DNA of 64,000 nucleotides, taken from contig BCIN01000005.1 in assembly GCA_039545335.1 (NCBI GenBank), forward strand, positions 372,001-436,000, given 5' to 3'. Origin of the DNA: Kondoa subrosea. Its lineage: Eukaryota. The notes beneath the pieces are model-generated. The model was not told the origin of the DNA. It saw only the letters and a list, made by a program, of their open reading frames with translations, and ran no database searches. Positions within the stretch are counted from its first letter, which is position 1, and every line of letters begins with the position of its first letter. Positions 1 through 12,027 of the stretch are shown here, one piece after another. The translations under genes were made by a program, and so were the position numbers.

Positions 1-1246
1 CTGATATAGTGATACAGGCTGCTGGTGTTGATGGTTGCGACAGTCAAAGCACTTAGAACTCTTCCAGCGAGGTTTCGTCGGTTTACAGTCTGTTTTGCGC
101 AAAGGAGGGGGATCGTGGATCGGAATTCAGGCTGTGATCTGTGCTGGCGAACAAGCGATTGCTCTTGATAATCTCTTCAGCCTTTGTGACCTGGCTGAAC
201 GAGAATAACCTGTTTCTCTTTGCAACAACCATCAGCCTCAATTCGCGCTGCATTGTGACTGAAATACTTTCAATACAGTATCAGATATACCCTGACCTGG
301 TTGTACCGCTCGAACCACGCTGCAGCAGCCAGATTCTTGCAAAAAACATTGCTTCAAGTATCTTTTAAGCTGGCCTCAATCGTGCACTATGATGGACTGT
401 GAACCTTCTAGCAGTCATCTATCTTCCTCTCCTTTCAATCCTGCTTCATTTCACTTGCCCAGAACGCCTGCTCTTCAGTCATCACCTGGTCCAACTTCAA
501 GCAGTCCTTCTTACCCTTCGTACAGACATCAGCAATGCTACAAATCGCAGCAGTCGATACGCAAGATCTCAAATGGCAGGGAGACGAAGCTTCACGATCG
601 ATTCATGGATCGCTGTCTGTCGAGATTAAAGACCGATAGAAAGCAAGCCGTCACTGCTGCTAGAGGGTCAACTTATGCGAGCACATTGTATGCGAAAGAT
701 GAGAAGGAAGGGCAGGAGTGGTCAGCTGAAGAAGAGATGGTTATGCGTCGCTTGATTCGAAGGGAATGGGAGAAATTCAAGAGGGATTATTCAGATGATT
801 GGATAGATGAGGTCGGACAGGTCGAAGAGGAAGAGCAGCAAGAAGAGATGCAGCCGCCTGATGACCTCGAAGCGGAAGATTACCAGCAATCCAGCATGTC
901 AAGTTATAACAATGATGTCCACATGGACTCGCCGGTCCTTGCTTCCAGCTCTTCTTTCGCTCAACTGATAGGCAAATCATCTTGCCTGATCTGTCAAGCT
1001 CCTTCTTCCGCTCTGCTAGAAGATGATTCGTCTATCTCATGTTTGGCTTGTCGTTGGTTAATATCTTTGGCTACTTTGCAATCAGCTCAGCAAGTCTTTA
1101 GCTCTCACAGGTACATATACACCTCCTGTCATTCCTTATGTACAACGGCTGACTTGAATAATAGCTCACTGCCAAATCACTCACCTGTGTTCTACCATGA
1201 TCCGACGATAGGCACCAGCTGTTTCTGTTCTGGCTGTGACGAAGTT
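1..1246 (+). repeat. Inverted duplication, left copy (runs off the window edge)
   Basis: Base 1 onward (ctgatatagtgatacagg...) is the reverse complement of 12418 downward. Similarity continues through the upstream region and the CDS to ...ggctgtgacgaagt near 1246. Confidence 0.95.
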
Positions 1247-1261
1247 GTGGAGCTGTCATAA
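389..1261 (+). CDS. RPA-interacting protein (RPAIN/RIP-alpha)-like, C-terminal zinc-finger
   Basis: N-terminal H..CYK...F.DRCL.RL...R motif, acidic middle, and C-terminal CxxC..CxxC..H..H..CxxC as recalled for RPAIN. In-frame 54-nt intron at 1111..1164 (GTACAT...GCTGAC...TAG). Confidence 0.7.
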   Translation: MMDCEPSSSHLSSSPFNPASFHLPRTPALQSSPGPTSSSPSYPSYRHQQCYKSQQSIRKISNGRETKLHDRFMDRCLSRLKTDRKQAVTAARGSTYASTLYAKDEKEGQEWSAEEEMVMRRLIRREWEKFKRDYSDDWIDEVGQVEEEEQQEEMQPPDDLEAEDYQQSSMSSYNNDVHMDSPVLASSSSFAQLIGKSSCLICQAPSSALLEDDSSISCLACRWLISLATLQSAQQVFSSHRYIYTSCHSLCTTADLNNSSLPNHSPVFYHDPTIGTSCFCSGCDEVVELS

Positions 1262-1729
1262 TCCAGCGGAAAGATGTAGAACCGGTGCGCATTAATCTGC
1301 TGGCAATTTTCGAGGCTCAATCCCGCCTGTCAGCTCATCTCGCTTCAGGCAGCACCTGTGTACAGCAGCAGCAGTAATCCTGGTATTAAACTGAAAATTT
1401 GGCTTCAATAATCCTTGTTGCTACCAATACTCCGCAATCGCTCAAGTCACAAGCAATGTATGTATTCTGCTCTCGGCGCGCAAGCTAGCCTCATCTTTCG
1501 GAACGATAGTATTAGCTGATTACCTCCTGGTCGGCTATCAGCCTATAGTACGATTCGGGCTTTTGTTTCAGCCATGCGTATTCAATCATTCGAATCTTTC
1601 AGTGCGGAGAAACAAGACATAACGCATTGAGGCATTTTCTCTCGCCACACATGCTCAGCAGCACTTCTATCACATTCCTCCTCTTCTCTTCTACCATATC
1701 AATTCAAATAAGGAAAGGAGAGAAACAAT

Positions 1730-1937
1730 ATGATCGCGACTATCACTTTAATCAATAGTAAGCGGATTCGCTGTGGTAAACGGAAGTCTTGCTGATGTAG
1801 CTTCTGTAGACTGCGGCGGAGATTGTAAATGCGGAAACGATTGCTCTTGCAATGGGTGCACTAGTAAGGATCGCTCAATAAGACCTAAGAGACAAAAAGC
1901 TGATTCCATTTGTCATTTTGTAGAGCACGGCCGATAA
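1730..1937 (+). CDS. Metallothionein, 31 aa (MIATITLINNCGGDCKCGNDCSCNGCTKHGR)
   Basis: Three exons 1730-1757, 1810-1863, 1924-1937 with GTAAG donors, GCTGAT branch points and TAG acceptors. Six Cys in CxC/CxxC motifs plus His, no aromatic residues. Resembles short basidiomycete metallothioneins. Confidence 0.85.
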
Positions 1938-2202
1938 GAGAACTCGTCGGAGAAGTCTATCGTGCTCACACTTGGATAAGTTTTGGTGAGTCTCTGCCAT
2001 AGCATTCGCTGCTTCCGCTTACGTTATCTTTCAGATTCTCGATTGGTCGCGTGAGTGGTTGGTTCAAGAGTTTGCGATTCCTGTAATGGGGCTATGAACT
2101 TGCTTGTAGTGCTGTTACAATAACTATGCTATATTACTTCACTTTTGTCTGGCCCGCTTATCAGATTTCTACAAGTTTATCTTCTGCATACAGCGAGTCC
2201 AG

Positions 2203-3409
2203 ATGAGCGATACTGAAGTAGGTGCTACTGAGCTGTCACTTGATTGTCCCTCTGATCTATTCTACAGCAGCCAGCCAAACGTCAGCGTCTAGATTCACCT
2301 GAAAACAATGTCAAGGAATCCAAGAAATTTATTCCATCCTATGGCAACTACAGATCTTACTACTCCAAACGACAATCAGCTAATTCCTCACTGGACACAC
2401 GACTTTCTCTTGTCCCTCGAGATTGGATACAGCATAAACGAGTTCTAGATGTTGGTTGCAATGTTGGCAAAATCACAGCTCAATTAGCAAGTAACTACGC
2501 ACCTTACAAAGTGACCGGTGTAGAAATCGATGAGGTTTTAGTTGGGTTAGCGAAGAAGCAATTACAGTTGGATTGGAGTTTAAGGGAACCGCTCGATTTC
2601 TTGTTACCTCCTCGACAGCGAAAGCAAGCACAAGAAAGCGAAGAAGTAGATCAGGATAATGAGGAGAAGCAGAAGAAGAAGAAGAAGAAAGAGGAACAAT
2701 GGAAGAATGTTAAAAGCGATTATTTCCCTCTTTCTATGCCTCGAATGTTTGGTTTCTTACCTCAACCGCCTGGAGATCGAATGATACATTATGAGGAAGT
2801 TGGAGAGGATGAAGCCAAGGAAATGACAAAGCGCTCGAATGGGAGAAGCGGCCGTGGGAAAGTTATGGATAGGCAAGTCAACATCTTTCCGGAAAACATA
2901 CGGTTCAGGCAGGTATGTCAATCTTCGACTTTACCTTTTGGTATTGAGTCTGAGGAATTTGACTTACAGGCCGATTGGGTTAATAAAGAAATCGATAGCG
3001 ATAGAAAAGGCTACGATGTGATTATCGCGTTAGCTAATTCTTCAAAGATCTCTAGCGCATTCGAGCTGATATCACATATTCATCTAGCTTCTCAGTCTCA
3101 AAGTGGATTCACATCAATCAGCTCGATGCAGGTCTCATGCTCTTCTTCACCCGAGTATTTGAATGTTTGCGACCCAACGGCAAATTCATCTTAGAAGCTC
3201 AAGACTGGTCATCTTACACAAAAGCAAAACGAATGACTGCTCAACTCAAAGAGAACTACGATAAATTAGAACTGAGACCTGAAGGTTTCGAAAAGGTGTT
3301 ATTGAACGAAATTGGGTTTGAGAGCGTTGAAGTACTTGGTGAGACTGGTGAGAAGGGTTTCAAGAGGTCATTGCAAGTGTACAAGAAGGCAGGCGGATCT
3401 TTTATCTGA
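2203..3409 (+). CDS. Bin3/MePCE-type RNA methylphosphate capping methyltransferase
   Basis: Spliced reading gives YGNY.SYY, RVLDVGCNVG, VTGVEID, YDVIIA, LSVSKWIH, L.PNGKFILEAQ.W.SY.K, the Bin3 family signature. Confidence 0.88.
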
Positions 3410-3702
3410 ATATTGATTTTCGCATTTTTGCATGTCGGGAAAGATCTGCAAAACTCTCGTTCGATCGGTCTCATTCTCTTTTTCGTCTCTTTCTTCCGCA
3501 CGTCTCTCTGAGCCTGCTCCCCCTCTCGCGCGTTTTTCCTAGCAGTCTTTGTGCGGCAGCCGGTGAAACTCCGAAATGTAAGCAAAAACTCAAATGACGC
3601 AGGGTTGGTTGAAAATCTTTGCGCAGGCTTTTGAACTCGAACCGGCACTCAAAGCATTACCCACAGCCTAGTCCAGCACCCTTAGTATACCAGTCTACAA
3701 GT

Positions 3703-5248
3703 ATGGGTCTGAAATTCATCACCTAGTTAGCCTTTCGCGAATCTGTGCTCGGTCTGCAATCTGACGCTGATGGTCGTTTAGTGGTGATTACATCTGGTTT
3801 CCAGTAGCCTGTACCGTTTCATGGCTCGGCATGGTCAGCAAGCCTCAGTCGGAGGTACAGGCTCGATACTGAAATAACTCGGACTTCGCAGGTGCTCGGA
3901 CTACTTCTTTGGTGGCTCATAACGGACAACGGAATCCGATATGTGCCAGAAGATGCCGATATTGTCTTCCTGTCCGATGTTGGAGCAGCACATCAATGGT
4001 CAGTCGACCCAAAGAAGTTTTGTTTACTCGAAACTAACTGCTTTATTGGTTTGACTACAGGCTCTTCATTCTCGGTTGCACTCTCACAGCCGTCTTCTAT
4101 GTCATTACTCTCTTACTCGAACGATGGCTCCGTCATGTCGACCGAATTCCAAGCGGTCTAAGATCGAGGGAGAAAATTCTTGATACACTTTGTATCATTT
4201 GCGGAACGATTGGCGCGATCGCATTGATCGTGTTGTCATGCTTCAAGGATACTACACACCCTACTGTAGGAGTATTGATTTCCCAAAGGCTAGACTTTTA
4301 ATTGATGATGTCTTGCGTTCAGGTTCACTGGATCTGCACTGTCATCTTTGTACTGTTCGTCGCCTTCAGTTGCATCTTCCAAACATGGGAATTCTTCGCA
4401 CTACAAGAAGGTTTGCTCTTTGTTGTCCTAAAAGTGCGCTTCGAGCTCATAAGGACTATTTCATAACAGATCACCCTGACCGCAATCACTTGCGCCGTAA
4501 CTCCATCATCAAGGTTGTTGTTCTTACTCTGGCTATTGTGGTAGCTGTCGTCTTCGCCGCTCTTTGTGAGTCAGATGTTTGATTCTTACAGCATCTTTGA
4601 TTGACGTGCCTTTTAGATGGTGTCTGCCACGGAAATGGCGGTGATGAGGCAAACGCTCGATGCGATAGGATTACCTGTACGTCCTGATGTCTTTGCGTAA
4701 GTATGATCTTGCGCTAATCGCGTGATGTTGCTAGCTGCCGCGGCCAGCTGTGAATGGGCTGTATCTTTTATTCTCGCTATCTACTTTGCGTGAGTCAAGT
4801 CTGCTTGGGTACATGTTCGGGCGCTCATTTTCCCCACAGCACGTTTTGCCTCGATTTATGGCCGGCAGCTAAGACTTCACCTCGCTATTTGCGCAGACAA
4901 GAGAAGAAGAATGCCTATGATGGTGAAAAGGGTCTCGTTGCACCTTCGCCAGCTTTCGCAGCTCCTCATGCCGATTCGCCAGCAAGCTCTGTAGCCAACA
5001 TTGAAAGACCTTCGGATGCTGAACGAGCGGATTACTATTCTTCCCACCCTGAACATTATCAACAGAATCCAGCACCAGTTCACAATGCTTCTGGAATCGC
5101 TTACCAGAACCCTTCATATGCTCCGCCTGCCAATGCTTACGGTACTTCTGAATATGCGGCTCCAACCACAGCTTACCCAACATCCCAAGGAGTTCTTCCA
5201 AGAGCCGACTCTACAGCACCTACCTACCATGGTCAAGTCAGATCATGA
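3703..5248 (+). CDS. Frag1/DRAM/Sfk1-family multi-pass membrane protein
   Basis: Multi-exon. IVFLSDVGA, ERWLRH, several hydrophobic helices, Pro/Tyr-rich C-terminal tail. Confidence 0.8.
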
Positions 5249-5425
5249 GAAATCTATCATAGTCAAAACCCATTTAGATTGTATCATAGCGTTAATTTTC
5301 ATCGATACTTTGTATATAGCTGTTACTATAAGCACTCACAAACGAAACGTGCTTGTCACGTATGCCATTCATCTTGCCTTAATTTGTGCATGATTTCTTG
5401 TCTGTTCTTGCTCTCGGATAACCAA

Positions 5426-7471
5426 ATGAACCTCACTGATGAGGATCTCGATACCACTGATGATCTGCAAGATATCTCTGACTCTATACCTAGCAGCAGC
5501 AGCAGCAACGCTCTAAACAGTAGTGATCGATCTTATTACTCCATCTTGAATTTGGAGCAAGATGCAGATGAACAAGCGATAACCAATTCCTACCGAGCTT
5601 TATCAAGGAAATTTCATCCTGATCGACACCCTGAACAGTTTGCAGAATCAGCTGCTGCTCAATTCAGAAACATTCATGAAGCTTTTGAAATTCTGAGTGA
5701 TGCGCATTCGAGAGCGGTTTATGATACGCTGGGCAAAGAAGGCTTGAAGACTGAATGGAGAGTCAGTGGGAAATATAAGAGTCCAGCTGAGGTGTGTCCC
5801 GAATGATCCAATGAGATTTCGAAGCTGAGATGATTGTGGATTAGATCAAGGCTGAGTTCCAGCTACTGGCTCAAGAGAAACAAATAGAACGAGTACAAAA
5901 CTTGGTGAGGTCGAAGGTAAGGTGTGTCTACTCTGTTCTTGCTGCGTTTCAATTGCTGATCATAAGTTGTAGGGCGAAGCGACCTTGACCGTTAATGCCT
6001 TAAGTCTCTTCGCTCGATCGAATCGGAAACAACGATGGCCTGCACCTACTGTCTCTTTACAAGAGCGAATAGAAGGAGTGAAAGCAGTAGCTTTCTCCCT
6101 CAAACATTCAACCCAAGTTCCTTTAACGGAGCATACTCGATTGATCTGTTCCGCTCATCTTCTTGCTCGACAAACTCCCTCAGCATCAATCTCGAGCGGG
6201 AATCTGACCACCACAATCCGACATCAATACTCTTCAAAACTCTCTCTAGAAACATCAACCAATCTTCTTCTCCCCCGTTCTTTGTCAGCTAAAGCAGCCT
6301 ACACGCCAGACCAAGAATCTTTCTACAACATCTCTACTTCTCTGAAAACCCTTTTACTTCCACCTCAATTCACTCTCGAAGCTGGTAGACAAGTTTACCC
6401 TGCATTAACAGCTTTTGTTTCTTTTCGATCTGGTCTCTATACGCTAGGTTTATGGGGTTCAGAATATGCGGAAACCACTAAACAAGTTCCACCTTCCTTC
6501 ACTTTCGGTCTAACAAGTAGAAAAGGTTGGTCCGTTAGTTCCGATGCAAGTTTAGCTCAACAAAGTTTGAATGCGGATTATGGTTGGAGGGTATTGGATA
6601 AGACTGTAAGAGTGAAAATTGGTGGGAGTGCGACATTGGATGGAGGAAGTTTGACTTTGTCGGCGGAGAGGAAAATTCCTTTGGATGCCAGTTTAAGTTT
6701 GGGTTTATCTTTTGGGTTGGGTGGTGCTGTGACGGTCAAAATACAGCAAGTCTTTCTTGATCGTTAGCTTTGAAGAACGGGTCTTGACCAATGTAATAGG
6801 TTGTCACGACTTGGCCAAAGGTTGTCAATACCTGTTGCACTATCGAAAGAACCGAATGTTCCTCTTGTCCTCGGTCTGATAGGTGTACCGAGCGTCTCAA
6901 TGGTCGTTTTGCACCATGCAGTCCTGAAACCACGTAAGAAACGGCGGATAGCAAAGTGAGTCAAGGGTCTACGCATATCAGACTCGAGACTGATTAAGCT
7001 GCTTTCTTGATTGACAGGAAACTAGCCGAACTGCGAGAGGAGAATCGAGAACTCTTCGTTCAGCAAAAAAAAGAAGCCGAAGATGTGACTGCGATCTTAT
7101 CACAGTCGGTTAAGAAGCTCATCAAGCAAGAACAAGACTCTGGTGGTTTGATCATCAATTCTGCTCTGTATAAAGCAGCCGAGAATCAAGATATACCACC
7201 TCTGGACGTCAAAGTCGCTTTACAATCGTTGGTACTGAATAGCAAGCTTGTCATACCAGAAGGAAGAAGCAAGAGTGGGTTGATAGGATTCTATGATCCG
7301 TGAGCTCTCCTCAACCATGCCCTTTATTCAGCTTATTCGATAATCAGTTGTTTGGGCGAGGCTAAAGTGCTTCAAGTGAATTACACTTTCAAAGGTCGAC
7401 CGCACGTAGTAGAGGTCGAAGATCTGAAAGCATTAGTAATGCCTCTGCGAGCTCATGCGGTGGGTCTGTAA
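5426..7471 (+). CDS. DnaJ protein, DNAJC11-like
   Basis: J domain (YYSILNL...HPDRH...YDTLG), beta-rich middle, and C-terminal GLII.SALY...DV.VALQSLV...KSGLIGFYDPC.G..K.L.V.Y.F (DUF3395-type). Confidence 0.88.
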
Positions 7472-7644
7472 CAAAGGATGATTTAACAAAGACAAAACAA
7501 CGAGAAAGTGTGCATATGCATTTGAAATAGTGATTCCCGATCCCTTGTCTTTCTTTGCTTTTACTTCTCGCTAATCTATGAATGCAAATTTGTACTTTGT
7601 AATACTACGACTGATTTCTTTTGCCATGGACTTTCCCAAGCAAA

Positions 7645-8938
7645 TCACTTTCGCTTCTTGGCATCATAACTCAGCTCGCCTGTGTGACAGTTCTCAGATT
7701 TCAAGTAATTCAATGAAAAGCTCAAAGTGACTGACCAGCACCCATGTTCACCAACAATAAAAGTCCACCAATGATAGATAGAGTTTCTGTGGATCACGAA
7801 ATTTCATTAGCTCCGCACATAGCTGAAGAAATCGCTCGAGAACTTACGGAAGAAATCATAACGCAAGAAATCGCGTTGAGGATGAGCTGAAGGTAGTCTC
7901 CAGAAATTGTTGAGGAACAAGTTGATGATACTGAGCATAAGGACCAGGAAGAGTGCAGAGAGTTTAGTTCGGAAGCCGACTGCTACGGAAACGCAAGCTC
8001 CTAATCCTAGGATTGAGACTATTGCTCGAACGAAAGTCATCTTGCCCTGTGAAACGATACAACGTCTTGAGCAAATATATTTGCACAAGAGGTATTATTG
8101 CTCACATTGAGAATGTAACCCAAGAACAAGAAGATAAGTAAGATCCTAGCCGACAACTGAACGTATTGTTTCCGATCTTCTTCCGTAACGTTTGGTATAC
8201 CAGCAAAGAGTTCTTTTCGTTTCGAGATTGAATCGGCGAAAGCCATGAGAATGCCACCAACGACAGAAAGGTTTCGCAAGAAGAAGTTGAGGTCAAACAT
8301 CAAACCATAACCGAACCCTTGAATAACCACGACGCCTACTAAACCGCCAACTGCGTATACTGGGTAACGACGACCAATAACAAGGATAGAGCAGACAGTC
8401 ATGGCCTGGGTTGAAATATGTCAGAACACAATGACAAGGGGTAACAAGGAATGTTTTATGGATACTTACGATAATGTTTGAAAGCAAGAAGAGATGACTG
8501 ATACCCTTTGGAAACCTTCTGTGTCTCTCCAAGTAGAACTTTTGGTCCCTCCATTGAGTTGACATTCTATTACAACACGTCAATATATACGGTTTTCTTC
8601 TGTTGTCGCGCTGTGAGTAAAGTGACAACACACCTTAGAGCATCTTCCAAGAAAGTGCAGACAATCAGGAAACGTCCAATAGCAGGTAAATAAGGTTTTA
8701 TAGGTTGCGACACTGAATCCATCAAGTCTTCCACTTGCTTTGCTAAACTTTTAGCTTTCTCCGTAACTGAATCTGGATCGCCTAGAGCTTTGTGTGGTGC
8801 AGCAAAGATTGAGGTTTGACCTTGTGGAACGCTGTAGCTTTCTCTTTTGGCATGTAATGGATAATTCGCTGATCCACTCATGGATGCGTGACTGCCATGT
8901 CGGCGTACTGGGTTGTTGGTACTGTCTTGCGAAGCCAT
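7645..8938 (-). CDS. ERV29: SURF4/Erv29 ER cargo receptor
   Basis: KPYLPAIGRFLIV.TFLEDALR, FFLRNLSVVGG, RDFLRYDFF. Ends ELSYDAKKRK (dilysine ER-retrieval signal). Confidence 0.92.
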
Positions 8939-9203
8939 GTTTAAAAGGAGCAGCCTCTCAAGTCAATTGACTATTATTCGGTGGAACGAGTTCAAGAGAA
9001 AGGGTGTGACGATTAATGTTGTGTCAATAGAAGCGCATCTGATGTACAACAAAAACGTGGATGCATAGTAATGACGTGCAACAGTACAAGTATCTCGACA
9101 ATCATACGGCCTAGCTTCCTTTTCATTTGGTTGAGTGCAGTACTGTACATTGAACACAAGAACTTGGATACAGCAAGGAATACGATAAGGTACAAGTGAC
9201 CAA

Positions 9204-10219
9204 TCACGCCATATCGGGACCAGCCCAATTCATAGTAACAATGCTGGTCCTACCTGTCATATCGGTCGAAATGACATATCGATCCCCTCGCTCCGAATTT
9301 GGTGGACTGGCTGGCGGGCTGTGTGATTCGAGGGCGTCGACCAGTTTCATTCGCATCATCAGTTCATGTTGTTGGAGAGGTGGAGCATTGCCTAGCGAGA
9401 GATGCTTTGACCGACACGCTTTGAAATCTCGCATCCACTGAAACGCGGTATCGTTATCTGAACTCAGCCGTCAGCTTTGCAGGAAAGTAACGATTGCAGC
9501 TCACCAATATTGTAAGTCGCTGAATTTGTATCTTTGACCTGTACACCACCAATCGAAAGCCAGCGATTTTCAGAACGTGACGGCGCCCAGATTGATAAAG
9601 CATAAGTACTTCCAAGTAGACGCTGCTCGACCAGATATCCCGCCTCGCCAATCGTCACTTGTCTGACCGAACCATCTTCATTCCTCAGTATTGATCCATC
9701 TGCATCACGCGCAGCTACCACATCCTCACGCCCCGCTACAGATAAGACGAGCGGGCTCTCTGCTCCTTCCCGAATATGCAAACCAAAGGCATGGCCGAAT
9801 TCATGTAGAACAGTAATCGCGAATGCCATTTGTACGGCTTGCAAGTTCTGTTGAAGTGTGCTTGCGGCCCTCTCTAGCGCTACCCCTAGCCATTTGTTAA
9901 CCCTGATAATGCTGGCTTCTCCTGGCTTTGGCCTGCACACGAAACCGTACTCTTTACATTCGACCAAATGCACTTGCGGTAGGTGATTGATCAAGTAGAT
10001 GTCAAAGCATTTGTCGAATGCGGCCTGTTGCTGATGAGTTGGACGAGGAGCAAAAGCGGAACCAGCAAAGATTGGATAGAAGGCTGATCTGACATGGGGA
10101 TCACTCTCAAGGGCTTTGAGGATCATGTCCAGGCATTTCACAACGAAGGCTGGCTCGGTATAATCGTCATTGACGGGGCTGCGAACGTCGAGAGTGAACA
10201 TTAGTTGCGGGTGTGTCAT
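9204..10219 (-). CDS. Uncharacterised protein with HExxH (zincin-like) motif
   Basis: ORF 9464..10219 joins ORF 9204..9434 through an intron at ~9503..9458 (GTGAGC...GCTGAC...TTCAG). TVLHEFGH and a downstream GEAGYLVE motif are present. Confidence 0.6.
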
Positions 10220-10603
10220 GGTTTTTGGTTTGAGAACAACATGCGAATGGAGGAATGTCCTAGGAAAGGGGCAAAACCCGGCCCTGTGCCTTTCGCATGC
10301 ATCTATATTCTGAGTCTAGTAAATTCTATCTGTCAGCGCTACGGACATTCGAAAACCCTTGCTGTGCTGGCCTGGCATTGATCCTGACCCATTTCCGCTG
10401 TCTCCATAGCATTTGCTTCATGAGTATCTGCGCGAAACATGAGTCCAGTCAGCTGACTAGCAGCAACACACTCACCCAAGTCCATTGAACGTGATACAGA
10501 CCAAATAAGGGCAAGGGATCTTCTAGATCAAACGCCGGATCTAGCGTATCCAGCTTCACATCCTTCCAAGCCAGGAGGTTGCCAGTAAACATGTACAGCG
10601 AGA

Positions 10604-10823
10604 TCACTTGTTGCAGCCTATCGGAGTTCAAGAGAATCAGCAAAGACTCGAAGTAACTTGATAACGAGATGGCTGACTACCGCAGTTCGAGCAACCGCAA
10701 GAGCCACCAGCGCAGTTGTTGTTGCAGCCGCATGAGCCGCAGTCTGACGACAACGAGTTAGATTGCAATGATACAGCGCAACAAAATGGTCTCACTATCG
10801 GCGAAGGTAATGTTAGAAACCAT
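10604..10823 (-). CDS. Metallothionein, 34 aa (MVSNITFADNCGSCGCNNNCAGGSCGCSNCGCNK)
   Basis: Three exons 10823-10796, 10743-10681, 10617-10604. Eight Cys in CxC/CxxC motifs. Same 28-nt first coding exon and phase-1 introns as the gene at 1730. Confidence 0.88.
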
Positions 10824-11143
10824 TGTTTGCTTATTTGTGAGAATGAGATGTAATTGATGTTATGTGATGAACCTTGGATGAGATGTGTGTTGGTATGAAG
10901 GAAAGAGAGAAGAGTATTGGCAGGCAGTCTTGAAGTGAACTAAACTTATGTACCAGTGACCTGAAAGAGGGAGACCGCCAAGGTTAATTTTCAGCCACAA
11001 ATGAGGTTATAGAGGCCTCACCTTGTGACATTGCAACTCTGATGATTAAAAGGTCCGGAAGTCAGACGAATCTAATGGTTACCGAACATGTGGATACTGG
11101 AAGTACAAACTGAATGATAGGAGATTGATGGACATAGGCTGCT

Positions 11144-12027
11144 TCAGGCTATTGCAACGACTTCGTCACAGCCAGAACAGAAACAGCTTGTGCCTATCGT
11201 CGAATCATAGTAGAATAGAGGTGTATGATTTGGCAATGAGCTATTATTCAAGTCAGCTGGTAGATATATTTGCGGAAGGAGAGAAAGCGCAAATACCTGT
11301 GAGAGCTGAAAATCTGCTGAGCTGATTGCAAAGTAGCTAAAGGTATTGTCCAACCACAAGCCAAACATGAAATTGACAAATGATCTTCTAACAGAGCGGA
11401 AGAAGGCGCTTGACAGATTAAGCATGGTAAATTGCCTATTAACTGAGCGAAAGAAGGGCTTGAAGAAGCAAGGACAGGCGAGTCCAGGTCGACATCATTG
11501 GTATAGCTTGGCATGCTTGATTGCTGGTAATCTTCCGCTTCGAGATCATCAGGCGGCTGCATCTCTTCTTCCTGCTCTTGCTCTTCCTCTTCCACCTGCC
11601 CGACCTCATCCATCCAATCGTCTGAATAATCCCTCTTGAATTTCTCCCATTCCCTTCGGATCAAGCGACGCATAACCATTTCTTCCTCAGCAGACCATTC
11701 CTATCCTTCTTTCTCTTCTTTCGCATACAATGTACTAGCATAGATTGACCCTCTAGCAGCAGTGACGGCTTGCTTTCTATCAGTCTTTAATCTCGACAGA
11801 CAGCGATCCATGAATCGATCGTGAAGCTTCGTCTCCCTGCCATTTGAGATCTTGCGTATCGATTGCTGTGATTTGTAGCATTGCTGATGTCTGTACGAAG
11901 GGTAAGAAGGACTGCTTGAAGTTGGACCAGGTGATGACTGAAGAGCAGGCGCTTTGGGCAAGTGAAATGAAGCAGGATTGAAAGGAGACGAGGATAGATG
12001 GCTACTAGAAGGTTCACAGTCCATCAT
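11144..12027 (-). pseudogene. Second RPAIN-like copy with a premature stop
   Basis: Collinear with 389..1261. GGG CAG GAG has become GGA TAG GAA (stop at 11701-11703). The reading frame and intron are otherwise preserved downstream. Confidence 0.8.

Noticed and set aside
1262..1729. Copper-responsive (Ace1/Cuf1-type) elements upstream of the metallothioneins
   Set aside because: Several GCTG cores and a shared ctgaaaatt word occur here and near 10985, but none I checked fits a full consensus, and GCTG is common in this genome.
11701..11703. Stop-codon rescue by readthrough, A-to-I editing or splicing
   Set aside because: The ancestral codon is CAG, not TGG. The 3' context is not a known leaky one. 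No in-frame intron ending at this TAG could be found.
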